A stretch of 64,000 nt of DNA from Minisyncoccota bacterium (lineage in GTDB: Bacteria; Patescibacteriota; Minisyncoccia; Phycocordibacterales; CSBR16-193). The notes under the pieces are model-generated. The model worked only from the letters and a program-made list of their open reading frames with translations, was not told the origin of the DNA and searched no databases. This document shows positions 36,951 to 46,102 of this stretch, piece after piece; the stretch's first letter is position 1; each line of letters opens with the position of its first letter. The position numbers and the translations under genes are program-made. Location: NCBI GenBank assembly GCA_040905715.1, contig JBBDRA010000003.1:135075-199074 (forward strand), written 5' to 3'.

Positions 36951-38192
36951 CTATTTCAATTTGGATCGTCGTAGAAATGCCGGTACTGCGCCCCAGTCGT
37001 CATCGTCATCATCGTCCTCCTCAATATCAACTTTCTTCGGAGTTTCCGCTGGCTGACTTTTTGGCTCTGCCTGTTGTTTCGAACCTGTAAAGGTATTAAA
37101 GATACGTCCTGACGTTGAGGGTTCTTCGCGTTCCTGTTGAATGGGTTGTGTCTGCTGCGTCGCCTGTTGCTGAGGCGGCGTCATGTTCTCGGGGATACCG
37201 CTTCCGGCAATCGGCCCGCCGCTCTGCACGCTTTTCTCAGGGAAGCCACTAGCAATAACCGTGATCTTGATCTCGTCCTTGCGCAGCTTGTCGCTGTTTA
37301 CTGTACCAAAGATGATCTTGGCGTTCTGGTCAACTGATTCAGTGATCGTTTTAGCTGCTTCCTGGATCTCGAACATGGTTACGTCAGCACCGCCGGCGAT
37401 AGAGAAGAGTACACCTTGTGCGCCGTCAATAGAAAGCTCGAGAAGAGGGGAGTTGATCGCCGCCTTCGCTGCCTCAACAGCTCGATTTTCACCACTTGCT
37501 GTACCGACACCCATAAGTGCGTGTCCGGCGTTTTCCATGATAGATCGAATATCAGCAAAATCGATGTTAGCTACTTCACCCGGTGTGGTGATAAGGTCGG
37601 AGATACCTTCAACAGCTTGGCGTAACACTTCATCACACATGGCAAACGCGTCTCTCGCACGTGTTTCTTTGTCGATCGAAGCGAGAAGTTGATCGTTCGG
37701 GATGATGATGATCGCGTCAACACTCTTGCGGAGTTCCGAGAGTGCATTATCTGCTATTTCTCGTCGGCGCTGACCTTCAAAAAAGAATGGCTTGGTTACC
37801 ACACCTACCGTGAGCGCCCCTTGCTCTTTAGCTGCTCGGGCAACAATAGGAGCCGCGCCGGAGTAGGTCCCGCCACCAACACCACCGGCTACAAAAACCA
37901 TATCCGACCCCTTTATGCTTTCCTGGATCTCCTCAGTGGTTTCTTCGGCAGCCTTGCGTCCCATTTCCGGGTTCATTCCGGCACCGAGCCCGCGGGTTAT
38001 GTTCTTTCCAATGTGGATCTTTTTCTTCGCTAGTGAATGGTGGAGGTCTTGAGAATCAGTGTTGATAGCAACAAATTCCACTCCTTTTACTTTGGAGTTG
38101 ATCATGTGGTCAACCGCATGCCTTCCTGAGCCACCGACTCCGAGGACTTTGATGCGTGCAAACGCTTCAACTTCTGGTTTCACTTGTGGCAT
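36951..38192 (-). CDS. ftsZ: Cell division protein FtsZ
   Basis: Tubulin signature GGGTYSGAAPIVA. LGVGGSGRHAVDHM and NTDSQDL motifs. Acidic C-terminal tail. Confidence 0.9.
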   Translation of the reverse strand: MPQVKPEVEAFARIKVLGVGGSGRHAVDHMINSKVKGVEFVAINTDSQDLHHSLAKKKIHIGKNITRGLGAGMNPEMGRKAAEETTEEIQESIKGSDMVFVAGGVGGGTYSGAAPIVARAAKEQGALTVGVVTKPFFFEGQRRREIADNALSELRKSVDAIIIIPNDQLLASIDKETRARDAFAMCDEVLRQAVEGISDLITTPGEVANIDFADIRSIMENAGHALMGVGTASGENRAVEAAKAAINSPLLELSIDGAQGVLFSIAGGADVTMFEIQEAAKTITESVDQNAKIIFGTVNSDKLRKDEIKITVIASGFPEKSVQSGGPIAGSGIPENMTPPQQQATQQTQPIQQEREEPSTSGRIFNTFTGSKQQAEPKSQPAETPKKVDIEEDDDDDDDWGAVPAFLRRSKLK

Positions 38193-38437
38193 AAATGAAT
38201 TTCAGCTTATTTCTTGCCTTTGGTCACGAACATACACGCTGCCAAGTTTTATTGCAGTTGTACCGGCAAAAGACGTTTTTGCCTTACAGCTGCATTCAGA
38301 GCAGTTTTGTGCTATGTCTACTGGTCGGTAAGCCCGGTTGCAAACATAGAATGCATAATTTCGTGAGTCAAAGATTACGTTGAAAACATCATATCATACT
38401 TTACAGGGATGCAAAGCCACCCTGTACGCTTTATTTG

Positions 38438-39643
38438 TTACGGAAGAAATTGCTTGATCCAGCGAAATATTTGGGGGACAAGACGCTTAAGCCAAAGACC
38501 TCGCCTACCAGCACTATCACCTGATGACAGGCCGTAGATACAGATGCCATAGGCAACTGCCCATCGGGCATCTTGTATCTGTCGCGAAGTTTGTTTACCG
38601 AACTCGACTGAAGCTACTCTTGAAGGAAGTTCGAGAGAACTTTTTGCCAGGTCACTTATGTTGGCAATTCTGGCTCCACCTCCGGTAATGATGATGCCCG
38701 CCGGAAGCATTTTGTTGCGCTTGATCCGTTTGAGATGTGTTTCTATTAATTCAAAAATATCCGACAGACGGGCGTTTACTATTTCATTGAGTTGTTGACG
38801 GGAAATGTTCGTGCCGGTTCGTTCGCCGTGCTTGATCTGTTGCGCTTCTTCAAGAGGTATCTTCAAGCCAAGCGCAATGTCGTTGGTGATATCTGTTGAG
38901 CCAAGAGAAAAAGTTTCAAGTGATATTGGAAGATTGTTTTCAAATACAGCTATCGATACGGTCTCAGCGCCGATGTTCGCTAAAACACAGCCGGCGATCT
39001 TTTGGCTTTTAGAGAGACTTACTAAACTGGCAGCGATAGGTGAAGCAACGTAGTCGGTGACTTCAACGCCGGCGTTCTCGACTGCGTCGACCAGATCGCT
39101 CACGTGTGGTTCGAGGGCTGTTATGAATAGGTACTTTGCCTCAATTCTCATACCTTTGAGGCCAATCGGACTTCCCATTACCGGCTGACCGTCTATGGAG
39201 TGTTGGAGAGGGATCCGGTGAATGATTCGACGGTTCTGGAGTTGTGCTGGCGGAATGTTCGCCTCGCAAGCCTCTTCGATCGTGGTAAGATCTAGTTCAC
39301 TTATTTCGTTGTCGCCCCGAGAAACAGTTGATGTACCTTCGGCAGTTATGCTTTCAAGACTGATACCACCTATAGCAAGATAGCCCTCCTCGACGGTAAC
39401 CCCACTTGCTTTTTCCGCCTCCGCAAGGGCGACAGCAATACTGCTGGTTACTTCATTGGTGTTTATAATGTAGCCGTGTCGTAGGCCACGAGATTCAGCA
39501 ATACCGGTACCAATAACGTGAGGAACTGCTTTGCCTTGAGCGTTGCGTGAACGTTCAGCAATAACAACCTTAACGTGGTGAGTTCCAATATCTATTCCTG
39601 CTGTTGTGTTGCGTGACATAATAAGGAGAGAAGCACGCCACAC
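38438..39643 (-). CDS. ftsA: Cell division protein FtsA (actin-like ATPase)
   Basis: GIDIGTHHVKVVIAE phosphate-1 motif, IITGGGA adenosine motif, and the position immediately upstream of ftsZ. The true start may be an internal Met (MSRNTTAG...). Confidence 0.8.
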   Translation of the reverse strand: MWRASLLIMSRNTTAGIDIGTHHVKVVIAERSRNAQGKAVPHVIGTGIAESRGLRHGYIINTNEVTSSIAVALAEAEKASGVTVEEGYLAIGGISLESITAEGTSTVSRGDNEISELDLTTIEEACEANIPPAQLQNRRIIHRIPLQHSIDGQPVMGSPIGLKGMRIEAKYLFITALEPHVSDLVDAVENAGVEVTDYVASPIAASLVSLSKSQKIAGCVLANIGAETVSIAVFENNLPISLETFSLGSTDITNDIALGLKIPLEEAQQIKHGERTGTNISRQQLNEIVNARLSDIFELIETHLKRIKRNKMLPAGIIITGGGARIANISDLAKSSLELPSRVASVEFGKQTSRQIQDARWAVAYGICIYGLSSGDSAGRRGLWLKRLVPQIFRWIKQFLP

Positions 39644-39668
39644 GTTTCGTTTTAATTGTGCAAAGTGG

Positions 39669-40088
39669 TTACACTTTAAAACGGTGGCGGATACGAGCTT
39701 CGCTTGCTTCCATTCTACCCCCGTGTTCCATTCCTTTCAAATGAAAACAGCCGTGGATAAAGAGAAAAACTAAAAAGTGATCCAGTTCACGATCAAAATC
39801 AGGTGCTTTCATTCGGGCGATCTCCGGGCAGATAACGATCTCGCCGCTTGTGTCTGAATACGTAAAACTCAACACATCGGTCGGCTTGTCTTTGTTGCGA
39901 TACGTGCGGTTGAGTGTCTGTGATCGCTTTCGTCCAACAAGGACAAGTGAGCATTCAAAGTGTTTGCCGAGGATCGCATTCTTTATAGCTTCATAATCAA
40001 ACCCCGTCGTCCTGCGGACGACGGGGTTTGAGGTCAATGTTGTGGAGATGGAAAAATGAGAAGCCAAATATTCAGCAAGGATCTTCAT
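39669..40088 (-). CDS. ybeY: rRNA maturation endoribonuclease YbeY
   Basis: Zinc-binding HGCFHLKGMEH (H-G-x-L-H-L-x-G-x-x-H) near the C-terminus, 139 aa. Confidence 0.8.
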   Translation of the reverse strand: MKILAEYLASHFSISTTLTSNPVVRRTTGFDYEAIKNAILGKHFECSLVLVGRKRSQTLNRTYRNKDKPTDVLSFTYSDTSGEIVICPEIARMKAPDFDRELDHFLVFLFIHGCFHLKGMEHGGRMEASEARIRHRFKV

Positions 40089-40109
40089 AACAGATGTACT
40101 GTTTGTCCG

Positions 40110-40361
40110 CTAGTTTCGTCGTCGGTTATCGGTCTTTTCACCGATTTTGCCGAGTTTTACAAGCCATTCGATACGAGCCTTTCGCTCTAATTTCTCAAGT
40201 CGTCTCTGTTTAGTAAGCTCGCTGGAAAGCGGTCGCTGAAAATAGCGGTGCTTACGGGCAGACGAAAGGGTATTTGAGCTTTGTACGCGACGGGTAAAAC
40301 GACGCAGCAAGCTGGTGTTGTTCTCGTTTCCTTTTTTGATTACTTCTGCATTTCGTGCCAT
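40110..40361 (-). CDS. rpsU: 30S ribosomal protein S21
   Basis: 83 aa, basic. The LLRRFTRRV...ARKHRYFQRP block parallels S21 ALRRFKRxxxKxGxLxExRxRxxYEKP. Confidence 0.6.
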   Translation of the reverse strand: MARNAEVIKKGNENNTSLLRRFTRRVQSSNTLSSARKHRYFQRPLSSELTKQRRLEKLERKARIEWLVKLGKIGEKTDNRRRN

Positions 40362-40512
40362 AGGTTGTTTAGATTAGCACAAGAGAAGAAAACAGGCAAT
40401 ATTTTGTTTATTTTTCGTAAAGTGTGTAATAGAAACGTATTTAGTATCCTGCATCCGGTATTCAGTACACCGCGACCAAAAGGTGAGGTGTGCACTGGCT
40501 TTTGGATACAGA

Positions 40513-41745
40513 TCACATCGTGTACCGCTTGAGATAACTGACCAGCTGGTCTAGAGGTACGGTTTCTTGGGCTCGAGTGTGGGCGTTACGGACTATAACA
40601 ACGTTTTCCATTGCCTCCTTTTGACCCATGATGATCGTGTACGGCAGTTTGAGTTGTTCTGCTCGAGCGAGCTGTTCGCGGATCTTGTCGCGGACAAGAG
40701 AGTGGTACACCGGAATGCGGGCAATTCGCAATTCGTCAATAAGCGCGAGACTTTTTTGCCGGGCAACATCACCAAGGTGTGCGAAAAAGTGTTTTGGCTG
40801 CAAAGGTGTTTTTCTCTGTCGGCGAGTTTTATTTCGAGGTGTATAGGAGAGAGAGATGCCAACGGCACTGATGTCGTGGCCGAGGCGGATCTTTCGACTG
40901 AGGCGGTTGTAGCGAGTCCCCATTGCCAGCGGTGCCGTTTTTTCTTCGAAGTCATCGTCCATTTCTCGGATAGAAAAAACGGTTTGGGATGAGATGTTTC
41001 GGTTGCCTACCAAGGTGTTCTTGATGCGATACGGCACGCCGAGTTCCTCGAGGTGTTCAAGGACATCCATAAAATGATGGCGGCTGGCGTCGCTGAGATA
41101 ACTGATCGCTTTGGGCGCTTCCTCGTTAAGCCGCTGGCAGATCTCGTCATTCGAGAACTGAAGCATATCGAACACATCATTTTTTAAAATATCGTGGAAT
41201 TTTGGTGGCAGGTCGCCAATACGGTCACGATAAAATTGGATCAGTGCTCGTTCGAACCGCTGGATCGATTCACGATCGCCAATACTGTTCACGTCTACGA
41301 TCAAGTTCTGATAACCTTCCTCGCGCAAAATGCAGTACGCGGTCTGGATCGTAAGTGCGTCAGCAACACTGTGTGATGCACCGATCACATCGAGACCAAG
41401 ATGGATGTTGCCGTCGCTCGATACGCCACTAACGCTTTTATTACGTGCATAAAAAAGGAGGAGAGGGTAGGAGCACTTATGAAATTTGTTTGCGTGATAA
41501 AAACGTAGGAGGGAAGTCTTCTCTTCAGGTGCGCATAAAAAGAGCGAGCGATCATAGGCGTGAAAGCGCTTTGAATCAGTTCGGTCTGTGCGAGATATGG
41601 TAGGAGCTTTGATCGGTGCAAATCCGTAATACATTGCGATCTCAGCCGGTGCGTCAAACTGCCGTAAGAGAGGAAGCGGCTCGGGAAATATAGTCGGCGT
41701 ATCGTACATATTGCGTTCCTCTGGTGCTGAAGAAAATGGTGCCAT
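40513..41745 (-). CDS. Histidyl-tRNA synthetase-like class II protein with degenerate catalytic motifs (HisS/HisZ family)
   Basis: ALTIQTAYCILREEGYQNLIVDVNSIGD parallels HisRS ELIMLTARWWRALGI..LELNSIG. GTRYNRL parallels GGRYDGL. The C-terminal LPYTIIMGQKEAMENVVIVRN resembles the anticodon-binding domain. The N-terminal motif 1/2 region (LRFYHANKF vs FRYERPQKGRYRQFHQ) is poorly conserved. Confidence 0.5.
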   Translation of the reverse strand: MAPFSSAPEERNMYDTPTIFPEPLPLLRQFDAPAEIAMYYGFAPIKAPTISRTDRTDSKRFHAYDRSLFLCAPEEKTSLLRFYHANKFHKCSYPLLLFYARNKSVSGVSSDGNIHLGLDVIGASHSVADALTIQTAYCILREEGYQNLIVDVNSIGDRESIQRFERALIQFYRDRIGDLPPKFHDILKNDVFDMLQFSNDEICQRLNEEAPKAISYLSDASRHHFMDVLEHLEELGVPYRIKNTLVGNRNISSQTVFSIREMDDDFEEKTAPLAMGTRYNRLSRKIRLGHDISAVGISLSYTPRNKTRRQRKTPLQPKHFFAHLGDVARQKSLALIDELRIARIPVYHSLVRDKIREQLARAEQLKLPYTIIMGQKEAMENVVIVRNAHTRAQETVPLDQLVSYLKRYTM

Positions 41746-41775
41746 AGTGCCTATATTAATGGATAAATTATTCGA

Positions 41776-42363
41776 TCATTGATCCTGCTTGTAACTTCCG
41801 GGTAACAGGTTTAGTTCTTGAAGTGGAAAAAGGCGGATAAGCGGTCGCCCTTGAATAAGTTCGCGTTCGAGCGGTCCCCAGCTGCGAGAGTCTGAACTTG
41901 CCTGGCGGTTATCTCCTAAAACAAAGTATTCATCGTTCTTGAGAGAGGTTCGGAGACTGTCTATTTTTGTATGTTCAACGTATGGTTCATCAAGAAGAAT
42001 TCCATTGGGGTGTTCAGCGTTGTGTATGATGACATCTCCCCGGTTTATCTCCACTGTTTCTCCGGGCAGACCGACAATACGCTTAATGAAGAACGTGGAC
42101 CTGTCTTCAGGGGAACGAAATACGATCACGTCACCACGATGAGGATTATTGAGCTGATAACTTAGTTGGTCAACGATCAGATACTCACCGGTATCAAATG
42201 TCGGAGCCATTGACTGACCATTGACAATGAACGGTTGGGCAATAAAGATCCTGAACGGTACAACAATGATCAGTGCAATAAATGCAAAGCGAATAACATC
42301 AATAAAAAATGAGGAGGCAATCGAGCGCGGCTGAGGAGGGGTTTGGGGATGTTCAAGGCTCAT
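41776..42363 (-). CDS. lepB: Signal peptidase I
   Basis: N-terminal TM. Catalytic-Ser box GQSMAPTF, Lys box, and box E VLGDNRQASSDSRSWGP. Confidence 0.85.
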   Translation of the reverse strand: MSLEHPQTPPQPRSIASSFFIDVIRFAFIALIIVVPFRIFIAQPFIVNGQSMAPTFDTGEYLIVDQLSYQLNNPHRGDVIVFRSPEDRSTFFIKRIVGLPGETVEINRGDVIIHNAEHPNGILLDEPYVEHTKIDSLRTSLKNDEYFVLGDNRQASSDSRSWGPLERELIQGRPLIRLFPLQELNLLPGSYKQDQ

Positions 42364-42560
42364 ACCACGAGTGTTACAAGAGCTATTGTACTTTACGAAT
42401 GGTCATTGACACAAGCTCTTATTGATTTTTTAAATTTTTTGGCACATATAGTATGTCAATCAGAGCAGACATTTGCTTACAGTATCGGTGCGTCTTGTTA
42501 AGAAATACAAAAATGATCGTTTGACTTGTTTGTAGATGCGAATGGTCTTAGAATACCTTT

Positions 42561-43202
42561 ATGATAACCCACTACATTATTGGTCTTGGCAATCCCGGTG
42601 AAAAATATCAGGACACACCTCACAACGTCGGCTTCCACGTGCTCGATGAGCTTTTGAATACTTGGCAGGGCGGCAGCTGGAAGCACGACAATGTACTCAG
42701 TGCTTCGATCGCTCGTTTTGAGTTTTCTAATACCTTGTTTGTATTTATAAAACCACAGACATTTATGAATCGTTCTGGTGAGACGCTCCGCGCACTGACC
42801 AAACAGGTTGATCCCGGGGACCTCATAGAGAACATGCTCGTTATTCACGATGATATTGATCTGCCTGAAGGAAGGATCAAGATAACGCAACGCAGTGGTG
42901 CCGGTGGGCATCGCGGTATTGAGTCTATCGCTCAGGTACTTGGAAGCAATGAGTTTAAACGACTGAAAATAGGTATTGCTCCGCTCGATGAGAATGGGGA
43001 GATGCGTAAACCTAAAGGTGAGCGCGCTGTCTCTGACTATGTTCTCGGACAGCGTCCGCGGTTTTCAAAGCGGGTGAGTGAAGAGATCGCACCGCTCACC
43101 GCGGATGCTATCTGTGTTCTTGTTCGTGACGGGGTTGAGAAAGCAATGTCATTATATAATGCGCAGTCTGAAGATCGAACCGAGAAACAAGGAGAAGAAT
43201 AA
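42561..43202 (+). CDS. pth: Peptidyl-tRNA hydrolase
   Basis: YIIGLGNPGEKYQDTPHNVGFHVLD matches the Pth N-terminal signature (GLGNPGxxYxxTRHNxGF). Confidence 0.9.
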   Translation: MITHYIIGLGNPGEKYQDTPHNVGFHVLDELLNTWQGGSWKHDNVLSASIARFEFSNTLFVFIKPQTFMNRSGETLRALTKQVDPGDLIENMLVIHDDIDLPEGRIKITQRSGAGGHRGIESIAQVLGSNEFKRLKIGIAPLDENGEMRKPKGERAVSDYVLGQRPRFSKRVSEEIAPLTADAICVLVRDGVEKAMSLYNAQSEDRTEKQGEE

Positions 43203-43240
43203 AACAGTCATTTATTTTGCTTGCGATATGAACGCATTAC

Positions 43241-43270
43241 AAAAACCGATCACGTGAGTGATCGGTTTTT
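43241..43270. terminator. Bidirectional hairpin terminator between convergent pth (+) and rpsA (-)
   Basis: aaaaACCGATCACgtgaGTGATCGGTtttt. Confidence 0.5.
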
Positions 43271-43298
43271 GTATTTTGTTTCGGTAATTTCTCTTACA

Positions 43299-44576
43299 CT
43301 ATTCTGTCGTATTTGTTGAAGGTTGTTGGGTCGGTCGGCTTACTTGCTTGTTAACCGGATTGCCTTCCTCGTCAACAAGAGTCAATGCCATGCGCTGGCT
43401 GTTCGGATCGAACAAGGTGATCTTAAGTGGATACGTTTTTCCGAGCTCGAGAGTTTCACGAAGTGCATCGGTGTTGCCGAACTCAGAAACATGGATCAAG
43501 CCGGCGATACCTTCTTCGATCGAAGCGAGGGCGCCGTGCTTGTTGTACTTGATGATCACACCTCGTACGATCTCACCGCGTTGGTAGCGCTTCTCAGCTT
43601 CTTTCCATGGATTTGCTTTCAAAGCCTTGATCGAAAGTGAGATCTTACCGTCTTTGATGTCGACGATCTTTACACGCACTTCGTCACCGACATTATAGAG
43701 TTCCTTAGGGTCTTCCACCAATGACCAATCGATCTCAGAGATGTGGACAAGTCCTTCAAGTCCGTCTTCGATCTTAACGAAGATACCGAAGTCAACGATA
43801 CCGGTAACTTCGCCGGCAACTTCATCGCCGAGTTTGTAGCGGTCGATGATCTTCTCTTTGTTCTCGGCGTCAGGAGTTTTCTCTGAGAAGATGAGTTTCG
43901 ATTCGCTTGGCACTGCCGAGATGATCGAGACCGAAAGTTTTTCGCCAACCAGTTTGCGCAACTCGTCAAGGATGCGGTCTTTGTCGCCGTCCTCAACACG
44001 TGGGTAGTGCTCGGTTTTGAGCTGGGAAGCAGGCAAGAAGCCCTGGATGCCTTGCCAGCTGATGATCAAGCCTCCTTTGTTTGCCTCAGTTACCGGTAGT
44101 TCGAGAACTGTTTTGTTCGCTACTAACTCCTCAGCCTCGCTCCAGATCAGTGCCTGGCGAGCTTCTTTCAAGCTGATCTCAGTGTAGCCTTGGTAACCCT
44201 CGCGCTCTACAACCTTTCCAGTAACGGTATCACCGATCGCGACACGCTTTATAAGGTCGCGAGCGTTTATGTATTCCTTTCCAAAAATGATACCGGTGCC
44301 GAACGGAGGCAGATCGATATAAAGAGTGTTTTTACCGTGTCCGATGACCGGTCCTTCTACAATGTCACCTTCTTGAGGCGGTTCCGGTGTTTCCTCGAGA
44401 ATGCTGGACATCACATCACCGCGATCATCCAAGTTGACGTCCTGCAGATCTTCCGGCGTCTGTCCCTGATGGGTGATCTCCGGTGTTTTGCTTGCGATTC
44501 CGCTACCAGCCTTTTCTGGCTCTGCTGCCGGAGCAGCTGTTTGCGTCACTTCGTCTTTATCTGTTGCTGTTGCCAT
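43299..44576 (-). CDS. rpsA: 30S ribosomal protein S1 (multiple S1 RNA-binding domains) with acidic N-terminal extension
   Basis: Repeated S1-domain motifs (GDIVEGPVIGHG..., VTGKVVEREGYQGYTEISL, VAGEVTGIVDFGIFVKIEDGLEGLVHISEI, IVRGVIIKYNKHGALASIEEGIAGLIHVSEF). Confidence 0.8.
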   Translation of the reverse strand: MATATDKDEVTQTAAPAAEPEKAGSGIASKTPEITHQGQTPEDLQDVNLDDRGDVMSSILEETPEPPQEGDIVEGPVIGHGKNTLYIDLPPFGTGIIFGKEYINARDLIKRVAIGDTVTGKVVEREGYQGYTEISLKEARQALIWSEAEELVANKTVLELPVTEANKGGLIISWQGIQGFLPASQLKTEHYPRVEDGDKDRILDELRKLVGEKLSVSIISAVPSESKLIFSEKTPDAENKEKIIDRYKLGDEVAGEVTGIVDFGIFVKIEDGLEGLVHISEIDWSLVEDPKELYNVGDEVRVKIVDIKDGKISLSIKALKANPWKEAEKRYQRGEIVRGVIIKYNKHGALASIEEGIAGLIHVSEFGNTDALRETLELGKTYPLKITLFDPNSQRMALTLVDEEGNPVNKQVSRPTQQPSTNTTE

Positions 44577-44987
44577 AAAATAAAGGGCCTTACGTGCTCC
44601 TATATAAAATTAAGAGGTACGTAAAGCGGGGCAGAGCTCAGGGGTCACCGGCGCCATTTCTCGTTGCCGTATTCATCGCCGGCGGATTAGCCTGTGCTCT
44701 GCGGTTTGATAATGCTACCTAATATCGTTTTCCGAGGCTCCTTTTCAGGAATCTCTGGGAAGGCAGTAGTGGTGGAAAGTATACTGAATAAAAAGCCAAT
44801 GTCAAAGCTTTTTAGAACTCCATAGTGGTTTGGTAGTGGGTTGATTTTACTCTCGCACTACTTGGTTGGGTGTGGTATGCTATGAAAAACTCGGGAAAAC
44901 TCGATTTTTGAGTGTAATTGACTGTATTTCCATTTCCGACTGTTTTGTTCATATTATTTTGTTTGCCGTATCATTTTTTGACTGACC

Positions 44988-45629
44988 ATGATCATCACCT
45001 ACCACTCAGCAGCATGCTTCAAAGTGCAATTTGGCGACACTACGCTCGCCTTCAATCCTATATCTAAAAAAAGTTCGTCTTATAAACCGGTTCGATTTAG
45101 CGCCGATGTTGCGCTGGTGAGTATCCAGCACCCTGATTTCAATGGGGTTGACCAGGTCAAGCATGGAGATAAAGAGCCTTTCATCGTTCGCGGTCCGGGT
45201 GAATACGAAGTAAACGGCGTGGCTATACGTGGATACCTTTCGAGTTCTGAATATGACGGCAAGAGACACCACAACACTATTTATGTGGTCGAACTAGATG
45301 GAATGAGACTTTGTTATCTTGGTGCGTTGGGCGAGAAAGAGATCTCGCACGAAGCTCGTGAAGCGCTTGAAGATATCGATATTTTGTTCGCACCGATCGG
45401 TGGCAACGGCGTTCTGGATGCGACCAGCGCATATAAGCTATCGGTTGCTCTAGAGCCACGGATCATCATTCCGATGCTTCACGATGGAAGCGGTTCAAGC
45501 GATGACAGTATTGCCACCTTCCTTGAGGAAGGTGGCCGGGAAAAGGTGACTTCAGTCGACAAACTAACGGTGAAACAAAAAGATGTTGCCACTAAAGAAG
45601 GGGAGATCGTGGTTCTGGCAGCACAATAG
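44988..45629 (+). CDS. UPF0173/YtkL-like metallo-beta-lactamase-fold protein (metal-binding motif not conserved)
   Basis: N-terminus MIITYHSAACFKVQFGDTTLAFNP parallels the UPF0173 start (M-K-I-T-Y-x-G-H-S). The canonical HxHxDH appears as SIQHPDFNG. Confidence 0.5.
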   Translation: MIITYHSAACFKVQFGDTTLAFNPISKKSSSYKPVRFSADVALVSIQHPDFNGVDQVKHGDKEPFIVRGPGEYEVNGVAIRGYLSSSEYDGKRHHNTIYVVELDGMRLCYLGALGEKEISHEAREALEDIDILFAPIGGNGVLDATSAYKLSVALEPRIIIPMLHDGSGSSDDSIATFLEEGGREKVTSVDKLTVKQKDVATKEGEIVVLAAQ

Positions 45630-45640
45630 TTCGACAGTCT

Positions 45641-46039
45641 ATGGGTTCATGGCTCACAAATTTGCGTAAGAAACCGCCGGAAGCAAGACAGAAGTATGCG
45701 CTTTTAACTGCCGGCACGATCACGTTTGTTCTCATTGGTGTGTGGGTTATGATGAGTGTGCCGACCTGGACGAATACACAAAACGAAGAGACGGTCTTCT
45801 CTTCTTCGATGTCATCTATCACGTCAACGTTTCAGGATCTGTTCGAGTCTTTTGATCTTGTGAGCACATCGACTCCACCAAACGCTGAGGAAAATGTTGA
45901 TTCACCGTACATGATCGAAGGGGCAACATCTACTGCAACGTCTATAGATGAAGCGAATGATCAGGAGGCTAACGCCACCTCTTCTGAGGGGTATTCGAGC
46001 GCAACTACAAGCACATCGACTATTGATACAGTTGAATGA
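45641..46039 (+). CDS. Hypothetical TM-anchored Ser/Thr-rich low-complexity protein
   Basis: Single N-terminal TM (LLTAGTITFVLIGVWVMM) followed by an S/T/E-rich tail. Confidence 0.35.
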   Translation: MGSWLTNLRKKPPEARQKYALLTAGTITFVLIGVWVMMSVPTWTNTQNEETVFSSSMSSITSTFQDLFESFDLVSTSTPPNAEENVDSPYMIEGATSTATSIDEANDQEANATSSEGYSSATTSTSTIDTVE

Positions 46040-46102
46040 GGCGAGGGAAAGGTATAAGATACGAGAATTACGCGTTATAGCTTAGCGCTAACGTCACGGA
46101 CC

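Noticed and set aside
37137-38033. Several plus-strand ORFs (66-169 aa)
   Set aside because: They are antisense to ftsZ and have no motifs.
40567-40992. ORFs on both strands inside the HisRS-like gene
   Set aside because: They are alternate-frame readings within a gene supported by HisRS family blocks.
42498-42911. 137-aa minus-strand ORF
   Set aside because: It is antisense to pth, which has a canonical GLGNPG...HNVGF signature.
43323-44624. Plus-strand ORFs overlapping rpsA
   Set aside because: They are antisense to the S1 gene, whose repeated S1 domains are clear.
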